Shown piece after piece: positions 1 to 17,540 of a stretch of 64,000 nt of DNA (positions are counted from its first letter, which is position 1; every line of letters starts with the position of its first letter). Below the pieces are notes generated by a model. That model ran no database searches, had not been told where the DNA came from, and was given only the letters and a program-made list of their open reading frames with translations. The DNA comes from Octopus vulgaris. Taxonomy: Eukaryota. The stretch spans positions 129,642,001 to 129,706,000 of the forward strand of contig OX597814.1 of assembly GCA_951406725.2 (NCBI GenBank), given 5' to 3'. The translations under genes were made by a program, and so were the position numbers.

Positions 1-5132
<5,132 letters not shown>

Positions 5133-5137
<5 letters not shown>

Positions 5138-5420
5138 AGTAAAAATATAATATACAGACATGGACAATACATATATACATATATATACATATATATATAT
5201 ACATACATGAAACACCAAAGAGACGACAACAAGAACCACAGGACGGGACATTCGAAGCCCTCAGTCATCAGTCAAGAACCAGATCATCTTCGCAATTTCG
5301 GCTGATTCTTGACTGATGACTGAGGGCTTCGAATGTCCCGTCCTGTGGTTCTTGTGTCGTCTCTTTGGTGTTTCATGTTCTTGTCCATGTCTGTATTTAT
5401 TTTTTACTGTTTACATATAT
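5133..5420. mobile_element. Foldback (inverted) fragment of a probable PLE-derived terminal repeat at the end of the TA field
   Basis: Arms TAAACAGTAAAAA...CATGAAACACCAAAGAGACGAC...CATCAGTCAAGAA and TTCTTGACTGATG...GTCGTCTCTTTGGTGTTTCATG...TTTTTACTGTTTA are reverse complements around a ~28-nt spacer. A related sequence lies at 59690-59810. Confidence 0.65.
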
Positions 5421-5470
5421 AATCGGCGGCTACGTATCCACAATTGTCCTTATACGATAAGTATATTTTT

Positions 5471-5500
<30 letters not shown>

Positions 5501-5502
<2 letters not shown>

Positions 5503-5790
5503 GGGCAGTGGACTCATGGTCGTAGGGTCGCGGTTTCGATTCCCAGACCGGGCGTTGTGAGTGTTTACTGAGCGAAAACACCTAAAGCTCCTCGAGGCTC
5601 CGGTAGGGGGTGGTGGCGATCCCTGCTCTACTCTTTCGCCACAACTTTCTCTCACTCTTTCTTCTGTTGGCCTGCTCGCTTAGCCAGCGGGGTGGCGTCG
5701 TCCAAAGGCTAAAACAGTGCGAAGCGCATTATGACCAGCGATGTGTAGCAGCATCTGATAGTCTGGTCGGTCACCGTGATCACGGTGATA
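5501..5790 (+). mobile_element. tRNA-derived SINE family A, tail type 1 (5'-truncated)
   Basis: Head TAGGGCAGTGGACTC...GGTTTCGATTCCCAGACCGGGCG contains a B box. The tail is shared with 53426-53690. Confidence 0.85.
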
Positions 5791-6280
5791 TATATATACG
5801 CAAAGCTAGACATCCCAATGCTACACATTTAGGATCTAGTCTTTCTCATTCGCAAAATTAGCCCCCTTTAATTTTGTTCAGATCGCTTTCAATTTTGGTG
5901 CATCGATGCAACTCTGAATTTTTATCTCGTAAATTAAAGAATCTGATGTTATTTGGCATTAAAATTAGGATATTTGGGTAATTTTAGCCATTCAACAAAA
6001 GCGTGGCATCAGCAGCTTGTTACCATGACAACAATACGCTGCGTTGTGGTTCACTGTTGTCCTTGCCTCTGTTGTCTATGTTGACTTTTTACACTTAATT
6101 CTTCACATCACGAGATTCTTTTCACCTGCTTAATTTGTTTTAATTTTTCTGTGTTAGTATATTACATATTTTTCTGTGCTTCTGTGTGTTAGTTTTTTTT
6201 TCTGTGCTTCTTTCTGAGTGTTAGTATTTTTCTGTGCATTTTTTCTGTGTGTTAGTATTTTAAATTGTAAGTTGATCCCC

Positions 6281-6770
6281 GATTTAGTTGGCTATCTACA
6301 CCTGTTTGTGTCGAGCACAAACTTGCACGAAGTACAAATGTCTGCCAGGTTGGTAATGACAGGGTTAATATACATCTCAGGAAAAACAGCCTGCTTATAT
6401 TCAATAAGTTTGGTGGCACCCTGGTGGTACATATCACTGTGGGAAACGTAAAATCTCCTATAATTGTATTGTTATATATATTAATTACCAGGGTGACCCA
6501 CAATTTGACTGGTTTATCCATGCTGGTTATATCGAGCATAAACTTACACTAAGTATAGGTGGGTGTGTGCATGTGTGTTGTTTTATATAATTTCGGGGTA
6601 CATTAATATATTTTCACATTTGGTAAGTTTTGTGGTACCCTGGTAGTACTTATTGTTACATATATTAAATACCAAGGTTGCTCTCAGTTTGGCTGGTTAT
6701 CCACGCCAGGTATATCGGCCACAGACTTACATAAAGTACAGTTAGGTGTATGTGTGTGTGCCTGTATGAA
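6281..6770. repeat. Three degenerate tandem units of about 185-220 bp
   Basis: The motif TTxGxTGGxTATCxAxxCxGxTxTxTCGxxCAxAxACTTxCAxxAAGTA recurs at about 6283, 6503 and 6687. Confidence 0.65.
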
Positions 6771-6994
6771 GACATGGCTGAGGTGGAATTGTGTGACAAT
6801 CATGCATTTCTTAAATGAGGAAGAACAAACACTCCATCGCGATTCTTCCCCGTTTCTTTTAAATTCTTTAACCTCAATTGTCACGATAACGAAACTTCTA
6901 AGGAAGAAAGCTTCCACGAAACCCAATGGTCAAAGTACATGTGGTGTATATATAAACAATATATATATATATATATATTGTTTATATATACACC

Positions 6995-7097
6995 GCTTAC
7001 CAACCACATAGTTCCGGGTTCTTCTACTACAGCCCCGGGCCGACCAAAGCCTTGTGAGTGGATTTGCTAGACGGAAACTGAAAGAATCCTGTCGTAT
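6995..7097 (+). mobile_element. SINE family B fragment
   Basis: GCTTACCAACCACAT...GGCCGACCAAAGCCTTGTGAGTGGATTTG...GGAAACTGAAAGAA matches the full copies in the window. Confidence 0.8.
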
Positions 7098-8368
7098 ATA
7101 TGTATATATACACACATATATATATACACATATGGACACATTTCGACCCATAGACATTAATACATTTTCATGTACTGTGTTTGCAAATATTCGCATAAAC
7201 ATATATACATATTCAAATACGTACTTGCGTACTCATATGCATAAGAACAACATATACCCTTATATCCATCAATGAACATATATATACATACAAACACATA
7301 CATACACATACATATATATATGAACACATTTCGACATTTCTACCTATATTTACTAAATTACAAGATATATGACTGTCCACCAAAGGACGTATACATGCAT
7401 ACACAATAAGTAAGCAGAAATTACTATTAATTAAGATATGAATAAATTAATTATAAATTAAATTAATTATAAATTAATAAGTGCCAAAAAAATATATATG
7501 TATATGTTTTTCTTATGCGTATGAGGACGCAAATGCATATTTGAATGTGTATATAAGTATATGCGAATGTTTGCAGACATGGTGCATGAGAGTATATATG
7601 TATATGTATATGTGCGGATGTGCGCGTGTATGTGTGTGTATACAAATGTTGGTATAGTTTTTCCCTTGCCTACGCTAGTGTATTAGAAACCTAAAGCTAT
7701 CAACAAACCAACCGTAGGAAAGACAATGGTAATTTAAATTCAAATCCACAGGCCAATCATAATTTAGCGCTAGATCTGTAATTATTTCTGAAATAATAGT
7801 GTATTTATGTCACAAGGAAAATTATAAACTTAAAATCGGACTTACATATGTGCACCTGTGGATCTTAATGTAGTATAAACAGAATGCTGGTACTTCATAT
7901 TTCGTATGTATATGCGGATATCTAACACTTTGCATGGTATTGTAATACTATTGTGACTATATTGCTAATTATGGAATTTATGTATTGTTTCTCTAGTATT
8001 AGCGTTATTAATAATAATATGAATGATGATATTGGTAGCATTAGTGGTAACGACAATGATAATGATGCTAGCATTAATGAGATTTTGGAAATTAATAAGA
8101 ACTAATAGAATGTAATCTTGACTCTCTATATCTGCATTTAGGTACGTGTATGTTTTTCTACATTGTAATTATCACAACATTAAGTTGAAAAACTGTAACA
8201 TTGAATGTGGAGCATATGTATGTTTATTAATTTATATTATTTATATCATTATGTATATGTATATTTATATGTATAGGAGTATGAGTATATGCACTCATAT
8301 GTATATGTATATGTTTTATTATGGGTATGTACCACACCTATATAAGTATGTATGTAATCTAATTTGTA

Positions 8369-8496
8369 ATCTCCGAAGAGGCCTTAGGATGTTTTTGTAA
8401 ATGTCTCATTTATAACTACATATTGACCTACCATAAATGGCTAATATAAGTTAAATGAGATAATGCTTATCTACATGGCCGAAACAGCTGTAAGAT
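8369..8496 (+). ncRNA. Type I hammerhead ribozyme motif with long stem II and palindromic stem III (core variant U4C)
   Basis: ATCT-CCGAAGA-GGCC-[93 nt]-GGCC-GAA-ACAGCTGT-A^AGAT: stem I ATCT/AGAT, stem II GGCC/GGCC, GUA cleavage triplet. Confidence 0.7.
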
Positions 8497-8726
8497 ATAG
8501 TCTATATTTATATTTATGTGTACTTATATTTATTTTCTATTGTACGTATTCTACTTATTGTATAACATTACTATTTTATGTACACTCCTTCATGTACACT
8601 GTTTTACCCTACATTATTATGTTTAACCTTATAGTTTCTTATGTGGTGGTTTAATAAAGTATGTGATTAAGTATTATCTGGTAATTGATATTTGATTTCG
8701 ATGTATTTCTCCATTTTCTTATTTTG

Positions 8727-8774
<48 letters not shown>

Positions 8775-8933
8775 TGTTCACGGTAGAAAATATTTATAAG
8801 TTGTTAAAATATAGTTTTCTTTATCGTGCGTGTGTGAAAATCAAATAAACCTAAGAGTGACCTCTCCTATCCACTTTTTCCTTCTTCGATTCAAAACAAA
8901 TTTTTCCCATCCACCGAGAAATTATGTTTGGAA

Positions 8934-8968
<35 letters not shown>

Positions 8969-9363
8969 CGTGCGCGTGTGGTTGGGAACAAATCCATGTT
9001 AATTACTGTGGAACTTCGATGTATTGCATTGAAAATCTATCTATCTATCTATCTATGTATCTATCTATTAGCCTATCTACCTACCTATATTTCTATTTAT
9101 TTATCTCCAGTGTCAGGGAACTTCAACCCCCACCCCCAAAAAAACACAAAACAATGCTCTCTTCTTCCAAACAAAATCCCCTAAAACATGTTTTATATAA
9201 ATGAACAAGATGTTTGTACATGCAAAAAATTTCATTTGACAAGTTTGATAAACGAACGAAAGCGTTAATAATAATGAAGAAATAAAAAGATTTTTTTTCC
9301 AAAATTTCTGACGACTTCTTTCTCAATATTCAATTTCTGTACATCACACTTAACACACACACA

Positions 9364-9420
<57 letters not shown>

Positions 9421-9459
9421 CACACACACATACACATACATACATATAATTCGTAAACA

Positions 9460-10057
9460 CACCAGCATCATTTGTCAAGCGATGTTGGGGGAGGGGACAA
9501 ACACACACAAACACACACACACACATGTATATATACGGGCTTCTTTCAGTTTCCGTCTACCAAATCCACTCACAAGGCTTTGGTCGGCTGAGGCTATAGT
9601 AGAAGACACATGCCGAAGGTGCCACGCAGTGGGACTGAACCCACACAAGCGGCACAATGGCTCAGTGGTTAGGGCAGCGGACTCGCGGTCATAGGATCGC
9701 GGTTTCGATTCCCAGACCGGGCGTTGTGAGTGTTTATTGAGCGAAAACACCTAAAGCTCCACGAGGCTCCAGCAGGGATGGTGGTGATCCCTGTTGTACT
9801 CTTTCACCACAACTTTCTCTCACTCTTACTTCCTGTTTCTGTTGTACCTGTATTTCAAAGGGCCGGCCTTGTCACTCTCTGTGTCACGCTGAATATCCCC
9901 GAGAACTACGTTAAGGGTTCACATGTCTGTGGAGTGCTCAGCCACTTACACGTTAATTTCACGAGCAGGCTGTTCCGTTGATCGGATCAACCGGAATCCT
10001 CATCGTCGTAACCGACGGAGTGCTTCCATCCACTTACCACACAGTCACTCCTACGCC
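9460..10057 (-). mobile_element. SINE family B interrupted by a family A SINE
   Basis: Family B body at 9460-9645. Its head resumes at about 10031-10057 (CTTACCACACAGTCACTCCTACGCC). Confidence 0.8.
9651..10027 (+). mobile_element. tRNA-derived SINE family A, tail type 2
   Basis: Full head GGCACAATGGCTCAGTGGTTAGGGCAGCGGACTCGCGG...GGTTTCGATTCCC has A and B boxes. The tail is shared with 36470-36570. Confidence 0.9.
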
Positions 10058-10530
10058 ATATTCCAGCTTTGTTACTAATTTGATAAGAATAATGGTAGAG
10101 TTGACTGGAAAGTTTGCTGCCAGGTTAGAAAAAACTTTCCATAGTCAATAGAAGTGTAAATGGTGATAACGTGTGGAACTTTTTTTTTACGCTAATCATG
10201 TGCTTAAGGCCATGGATTGTGGCTCTAAGGTATTTGCATAGAACGCTTCTCATTTAGATGGTTAGATTTCAGGGTAAGATTTCAATAGCCAATGAAAACT
10301 GACGCTCACCATCGATTAACACTAAACAGGCACGAAATTTCACAAACTCTAAAATTCTACTCACTGGAGATATATACGACGTTAATTTTCCAAGAGGACC
10401 ACGTCCCGATGGAGCGTCTATGAGATTGCTTGACGTGTCGGAAACAGATGTCAGCTCTTCCTCATATCTCACTGTTATAGGAAGGACACATCTTATGAGA
10501 AGGACAGATTCGGTAATGTAGTTCAAGACA

Positions 10531-10828
10531 TGTTTGTTCCTTCTCGAGCCATGCCTGGCTCATAGGGCCGGTTTCCCGGTTTTCTTGGCGTATAGGTTCC
10601 CCACCTGGATGGGACACCGGTTCGTCGCAGGTGAGCTGCAAGATGCAGGAGGAAAAAGTGAGAGAAAGTTGTGGCGAAAGAGTCAGCAGAGGTTTGCTAT
10701 TACCTTCTGCTAGAGCCACATGGAGCTTAGGTGTTTCGCTCATAAACACACATCACCCGGTCTGAGATTCGAAACCGCAATACTTCGATCGCGAGTCCGC
10801 TGCTCTAACCACTAGGCCATGTGTCTCC
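10531..10828 (-). mobile_element. SINE family A, tail type 3
   Basis: Reverse-strand head at about 10755-10828, flanked by the TSD-like sequence AGTTCAAGA (10520-10528 / 10829-10837). Confidence 0.85.
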
Positions 10829-10865
10829 AGTTCAAGATATACTATGTCTAAATAAGATGGGACAA

Positions 10866-11020
10866 GGGCGTAGAGTGTATGCCGACCGGAGCATTTATTG
10901 ATTTTTCTACCCTGCCGGGCTCCCAAGCGTTTTCAGAATTATGTAGCAGACCCAAAAGTAGTGCATCCATAAAAGCGTCACTCGGGGCGGACTGCCCCCA
11001 CATCCCTCCCTAGCTACGCA
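10866..11020. mobile_element. Possible PIF/Harbinger-type MITE remnant
   Basis: Starts GGGCGTAG and ends CTAGCTACGC, resembling Harbinger terminal repeats. Confidence 0.35.
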
Positions 11021-11244
11021 GATGAGATGTGATGGTCATGGCTGGCACGATTTTGTTCCTAGGTCTGTTCTCTTAGAATCCACACAATCTGTTTCCGTTA
11101 TTATGTTTTAAAAATAATTACGCCTTTAATCTAAGCAAGACAATAAAGCACAAAATGCAGTTTATAAATCTAACCAGCAATAAATTTAATGCTCAGCATT
11201 CCGGAGATCTAAAGTAGGAATCTGTTTGACTACTTACGTAAGTA

Positions 11245-11535
11245 TTAGGTTGTCAGATAAATTTATTCGTTTTTCCCCTCCCAATGTTATTTGAATGAGC
11301 GCGAAAAATATTTTTATCGCATTTTAATTTCAGTTTTATTAATTTTTTTATTTCTTCTTTTTTTCTTCTTTTTTTTGTAGTTCTAGTTTTCCTCGACAAC
11401 TACTGTTTATAGTTTTCGAAAATTGAATAAACCGTACCTCATTTCACACATGTGACGACGGAGTGCTGAGCAGAAAAAACTAAACAAAACAAAACAAAAA
11501 AAAAAGAAAACGAACGAATTTATCTGACAACCCAA
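11245..11535. mobile_element. Mariner-type MITE
   Basis: Imperfect ~29-bp TIRs TTAGGTTGTCAGATAAATTTATTCGTTTT / AAAACGAACGAATTTATCTGACAACCCAA, with TA on the left flank. Confidence 0.75.
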
Positions 11536-12431
11536 TTTCCCAATTTGACTAGAGTAATTTATTTCTCCGCTTCTTGACTTACTTTTCAGTTTCTTTTTCT
11601 GAATGTCGTAAGATCATTTTATCATCTTTGTAAATTTGTTAATTGAATGTAGATAAAAAAAAAAGATAGGACAGTGAAAGAACGTAACATTCCCCTGCCC
11701 CCTTTTTTCTTCATGTTACCCTTAAGGGAACACTTGACTTACATTGTTGAAATAACTTATACAACACACCACCTCAAATTACACTTATTGGAATATTTAA
11801 ACTCATATTACATAATAAAATATTAGATTATTTAAAGTTTCTGGGTGGTAAATACTTCTTCACAGTCTCAGGCCAATTCAGACTACAGTCTCGAGGGTTT
11901 TAGGAAATTGGTAAAACGTTTAATTCTGAAAGATTGAAAAATAAAATGAGGGACAAAAAAAAAAACCAAAAAAAAAAAAAAAAAAAAAGAATTTATCTCA
12001 ATGTGTGTTTATGGGCGAGCGAGTAAAATTCTGATACAAGGCTAGTATTAGCTGAGGATGAATTAAGTAATAAAATTTGATACTCTTTACATATGAGATA
12101 TGAGAAATGTTTGATCCATTAACTGAAATTCCTTTGTAAAAATGTACCGAGATACTCTTTATGAATAGAGTTTTGTTTTCAAGTCAATATTTCGAAAATA
12201 AACAGTAGGAATTGAAAAACCACGTGACAAACTTTTGTGTGATAGTTTGATAAAATAAATATAATGGGTCTCTGTCGTTCGTCGATCAGGTTTCAGTTGC
12301 TTAGTCAACTAAACTAGCTGCTCCTGGATTAATGTGAAAGTGGTTGGGTATTCCACATCTACGTGCAATCTTAATGTAATTCTCAAGCAGACAATACAAC
12401 GAGACACAACTGTGTAACAAGACCGTTTTTG

Positions 12432-12535
12432 AATCAGTTATTATAACTGATTTTATTATAATCAGTTATAATAAAAATTATAACTGATTATAATTTTAAT
12501 CAGTTATAATCAAAATTATAACTGATATAGTTATA
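12432..12535. repeat. Alternating-orientation palindromic minisatellite
   Basis: AATCAGTTATAAT and its reverse complement ATTATAACTGATT alternate about six times. Confidence 0.85.
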
Positions 12536-13564
12536 TTCAAGTGTAATACACTTGAGAGGATTCTATACAGTTTCCGTCTCCCTGATTTCACTCACAAAGT
12601 ATGGCTCGACTCGAAGCTATAGCAAATGACATTTGCCCAAAATGCCATGCAGTGGGATCGAACGCATGACCTCATAGTTGCAAAGCAAACTTCTTAATCA
12701 TTCGGCCATACTGTACCTACCGATAAAATAAGTACTAGTCAAGTAGATCGACTACATGTACCAAAATTTGAACCTTGTACCAAAGTCTTTGTACCATTTC
12801 TAGTTATTTAGGGGACGGTGAATGGGAAAGTCAGTACATCATCTGACAAATTATCTATTTTTCATCTCTTAGTTACGAAGAAATGCAATGTCTTTGACCC
12901 CTTACGGGTCCTTCAGAACTGGTGAAAGAGAAGGACGAAGTTAGCCTCAAATCGAAGACCTGCCTGAATGATCGCTTGAGACTGGAGTCTACAAAGGACC
13001 AGGTAATAGTGTTAAACTGGGTGACAGGTTAATTCTACTATTCATGTAGGTCATGGATTGTAGGATTCGAAACGTGATGAAACCGAAACAAGTATTGCAC
13101 AAGACATCTTACCCAACTCTCTGGCAGTAGCTCTAATTCACCAAATAAAATTTGTACATTTTCTCATCGACATCGAAAGGATGAAAGCAAAATTGACCTT
13201 AGCGGGATTTGAACTCAGAGCATAAAGAGTTAGAATACCACAAAATAATTTTGTCTAACGCTCTAGCAACTCTGCCAGTTCGTTAGCTGATGTCTGCTCC
13301 CTCAGCATCTTCTACTGTTATTACGTGGTTTTTGTTACACAGAACCATCGGGTGGTCTCATGCCATTTCCACAAGGTTTGCTAGTCGACTCACTCGTCTC
13401 TCATCTTCGAGTTTGTGTCTCGAATTCCGCCTAAGATCCAATATTAATCACTTTTGCCGAGTCTTCCTTTCCAGAATTTCTTTTCTGTCCAAGATATTCC
13501 TGCAGCTATCAAGGTACAATTGCTAAAGAACAATATGAACTGTACCGATCTTACCGATCACGGT

Positions 13565-13866
13565 TTGTTTGTTCCTTCTCGAGCCATGCCCTCATAAGGG
13601 CCGGTTTCCCGGTTTCTGTGGCGTATAGGTTCCCCACCTGGACGGTACGCCGGTCCGTCGCAGGTGAGCTGCACGATTCAGGAGGACAGAATGAGAAAAA
13701 GTTGTGGCGAAAGGGTCAGCAGAAGTTCGCCATTACCTTCTGCCGGAGCTGCGTGAAACTTAGGTATTCCGCGCATAAACACATACATCACCCGGTCTGA
13801 GATTCGAACCCGCGATCCCTCGACCGCGAGTCCGCTGCTTTAACCACTAGGCCATATGCCTCTACC
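13565..13866 (-). mobile_element. SINE family A, tail type 3
   Basis: Same structure as 10531-10828, with a 12-bp TSD ACCGATCACGGT (13553-13564 / 13867-13878). Confidence 0.9.
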
Positions 13867-14388
13867 ACCGATCACGGTAGGTCCTTGAAAACAGTTTGCA
13901 TTGAGCTTTTCTAAAAACCAAAGAAGGAAAGAAAAGGTTTGATTTCAAATTTCATTGGAGTGACTTGCTTTCAAATCCTTTGAGGTTGGTGAGTGCTAAA
14001 ATAAAGCTAGTAATATAACAGAAGTAGTATGGAATCGACTCACTTCTGTCATAACACAGTGGTTGTTTCATGAATGTAAGGTATTTAGAAAACAGTGAAG
14101 GGCAATACCTACGACGTATACAGAGTTTTCTTCAGACTAGTAATGCCGATGCATTTGGAAGGGTCTCTGTTAAAATATGACCAGATATATTTATCTCTTG
14201 ATAGATGTATTTGTACGCTTTATTTAAAGAAAAGGTATTATTCTCATTAGCATAAATATATGATTATATTACTAACATAATGAATAATTATTGATCGCCT
14301 TCATCCCTTTTACTGATTGCATCACCCGTTTGGTAAAAAAACAAAAAAAGGATCTTCAAAGTTTGGTCGTAATATAACATTATGTATA

Positions 14389-14774
14389 AAGCGGCGAGCT
14401 GGCAGAAACGTTAGCACGCCGTGCGAAATGCTTAACGCGTTACGTTGTGAGTTCAAATTCCGCCGAGGTCGACTTTGCCTTTCATCCTTTCGGGGTCGAT
14501 CAAATAAGTACCAGTTACGCACTGGGCTCGATATAATCGACTTAATCCGTTTGTCTGTCCTTGTTTGTCCCCTCTGTGTGTAGCCCTTTGTGGGCAGTAA
14601 AGAAATAGGTATTTCGTCTGCCGTTACGTTCTGAGTTCACATTACGCCGAGATCGACTTTGCCTTTCATCCTTTCGGGGTCAATAAATTAAGTACCAGTT
14701 GCGTCCTGGGGTTGATCTAATCGACTGGCTCCCACTTACCGAAAATTTCGGGCCTTGTGCCTAGAGTAGAAATG
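14389..14774 (+). mobile_element. tRNA-derived SINE family C, dimer
   Basis: Head GCGGCGAGCTGGCAGAAACGTTAG...GAGTTCAAATTCCGCC. The second unit starts at GTATTTCGTCTG (~14609). A 17-bp TSD AATATAAC(A/T)TTATGTAT flanks the whole dimer. Confidence 0.9.
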
Positions 14775-15078
14775 AATATAACTTTATGTATTAAATATCT
14801 GACTGGCAGACATTTAAATCTAGTCAGTTGTGCAAATTAACCAGAAAACTGCAAGTTAAGTAACTTGATCTTCTATCCTGATTCCATATTTGATAATTTC
14901 ATTAAGCAGAACATAATTTGGTGTACAATGGTGCCAGTTCGTGTGAGCTTGGAAATATTTTTATTTATGCTCTATATCTTTCAGTTATTGAACTGCGGCC
15001 ATGCTGGGACACCGCCTTAAAGGGTTTAGTCGATCAAATCGTACCCAGTGCTTATTTTCTAAATTGTAGAACTTATTC

Positions 15079-15385
15079 TGGAGGTGCAATGGCCCAGTGG
15101 TTAGGGCAGCGGACTCGCGGTCGGAGGATCGCGGTTTCGATTCCCAGACCGGGCGTTGTGTGTGTTTATTGAGCGAAAACACCTAAAGCTCCACGCGGCT
15201 CCGGCAGGGGGTGGTGGCAAGCCTTGTACTCTTTAGCCCCAACTTTCTCTCACTCCTTCTTCCTGTTTCTTGAGTAATGCTGCGAAGGACTGGCGTCCCG
15301 TCCAGCTGAGGGGAACACATACGCCACAGAAACCGGGCCCATAAGCCTGGCTGGTCATGAAAAGCGCGCATAAATAAAAATAATA
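15079..15385 (+). mobile_element. SINE family A (tail 3 variant) inserted into an old minus-strand family B SINE (about 14980-15670)
   Basis: Full head and an 11-bp TSD AGAACTTATTC (15068-15078 / 15386-15396). Confidence 0.9.
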
Positions 15386-16158
15386 AGAACTTATTCAATC
15401 AGTTTCTTTTGCCGAACGCGCTAAATTATGGTGACACAAACAAACCAATACCGGTTGTCAAAAAGTGTGGGGGGAGTGACAAGCATAGATACAAAGACAC
15501 TCACAGACGCACACACACATACGCATATGCATATGTACGACGGGGTTCCACACAGTTTCCGTCTAACAAATTCCCTCATAGTATAGTATAGTTATTAGTC
15601 GGCCTGGGGCTTTAATAGAAATAACTTACTCAAGGTTGTCGCGCAGTGGAATTGAACTGGAAACCACAAAACGACCATCTTATCGATGCAAAGACATAAA
15701 CCTAAGTGTATTATGATTCTGAAAAAGTTAAATAAAAAGAAGAAAAAAATGAGACGCAGTCACCAAAACTAAGTTAGCAATAACATATTTAATTCAAGGA
15801 ACATTACAGTAAATATGTGGAGAGTAAAAAAAAATCGATATTTGTGCATGGTATCTGTTAGAGGAAGAACCGGTCATGAACCGTGGAAGAGAAGAGTATG
15901 CGAGGAATATAATGTGACAAACATTTCAATAAATTTAACAGGAACATGGTTTTATGAAATAACTGCCGTGTGTAAATGGTAAGAGATAACGTGAAATATA
16001 TAACTTTCAAGAGAATTAGGTGGACAGCCGGAATATATGATTTCTGATTCTCGCAGACGTTTCAATCGTCTGGCTTTATGTATGCACACATACACACAAA
16101 CGCACGCACACACATATACACTCTTACACGCATATGCGTAAAGGAACTCGCGCGCGCG

Positions 16159-16197
<39 letters not shown>

Positions 16198-16231
16198 GTA
16201 GGCAGATGGACAATGATAGCAAATAATAATG

Positions 16232-16264
<33 letters not shown>

Positions 16265-16269
16265 TTTTG

Positions 16270-16320
<51 letters not shown>

Positions 16321-16328
16321 TATCCTAT

Positions 16329-17048
16329 ACTATCCTAAATAAGAACACCATTAGACTCTCCTACTCTACCACGCCCAATCTAGCCAGGAACCTAGCCAAC
16401 AACAACGTGAAAAAACTTAATATATCTACTCTTTCCGAGGCCCATCCAACATCCGATAGCAATTGCAACTGCCCTGATAAAACCACCTGCCCCCTCAACA
16501 ACAACTGCCTACAGAGGGACCTCGTCTATACATGCGAGGTACGATCAGGCCCCGATGATAAAAGAAAATCGTACATCGGAATGACGTCAAACAGCTTTAA
16601 GACCCGCTGGTACGCCCACACACACTCGTTCCGGCGACCTGATAAATCCAACCAAACTACCCTCGCCGCCCACATCTGGTACCTTAAAAGGAACTCCATC
16701 CCCTTCAAGACCAAGTGGAGACTACTACAGAAGGCGCGTTCGTACACAGGAGGCCATACCTGCTGTGACCTTTGCATTTCCGAGAGCCTAGAGATCTTGT
16801 TCGCCAAAGGCCATCTCCTCAACAAGATCTCAGAACACTCCCAAATTGCATGCATAAAATTTATGCAAACTGCAAGAACTATAGACCCACCCGGCAACCC
16901 GTTTGACGACACCCCACCCACAAAAACCCCCAACCCCACCGTTCCCCCAGCACCCCCGATTAACTTTCCTCCTAAGACTATTCACAGATTGTATATGTAC
17001 ACTTATATATATGTATTGTATATATGTATAGAAATGAATGGGTGTTAG
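16329..17048 (+). mobile_element. Penelope-like element, 5'-truncated ORF with GIY-YIG endonuclease (CNC-x5-CPL-x3-C linker type)
   Basis: The frame reads ILNKNTIRLSYSTTPNL...CNCPDKTTCPLNNNCL..DLVY...SYIGMTSNSFKTRWYAHTHSF...TTLAAHIWYLK...W...Y...CDLCISE...LLNK. It contains the catalytic Y, YIG, R, H, E and N motifs of PLE endonucleases. Confidence 0.9.
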
Positions 17049-17280
17049 TAGGAATATACGCATGTATGTGAGTGCGTGTATATGTATGTGTATGTGTATG
17101 TACATGTGTATGTGTATGTGTGTGGTTTTTTATATTTTTTTATATTTTTTTATATATTTATATATATATATAGATATATATATAGATGTATGTATGTGTA
17201 TGTGTATGTATGTGTATGTATGTATATGTATATATAGATGTGTATATATGTGTGTATGTATGTGTATGTATGTGTATATA

Positions 17281-17323
<43 letters not shown>

Positions 17324-17540
17324 ACGCTCGTGTGTTTATGTATATGTAAGTATGTAGAGTTGTGTGTATGTGCATGTATGTATATATACATATGTGTAGA
17401 TAGGTATATACGTGTATGCTTATATGTATGTTTCCGTCTGTACAAAGGGTAACTGCATGTGTATATATATCTATTATTTATTATTCATTATTTATTACAT
17501 GAGTATGCGTTTGTATGCATGTATGTATTTATGTATATAA

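Noticed and set aside
5313-5340. CTGATGA...GAATGTC in the foldback as a hammerhead
   Set aside because: GAAA is broken and there is no convincing stem I or II. At most it is a decayed relic.
9651-9725. tRNA-like sequences with A and B boxes (heads of families A, B and C)
   Set aside because: They are always attached to repeat bodies and tails, often with TSDs. These are SINE heads, not tRNA genes.
10269-10526. Complex sequence with short open frames on both strands as a possible exon
   Set aside because: No recognisable protein motif and no supported splice partners.
16050-16080. Minus-strand GAAACGTC half motif
   Set aside because: The CUGANGA half is missing. It is counted only as a possible remnant, not as a feature.
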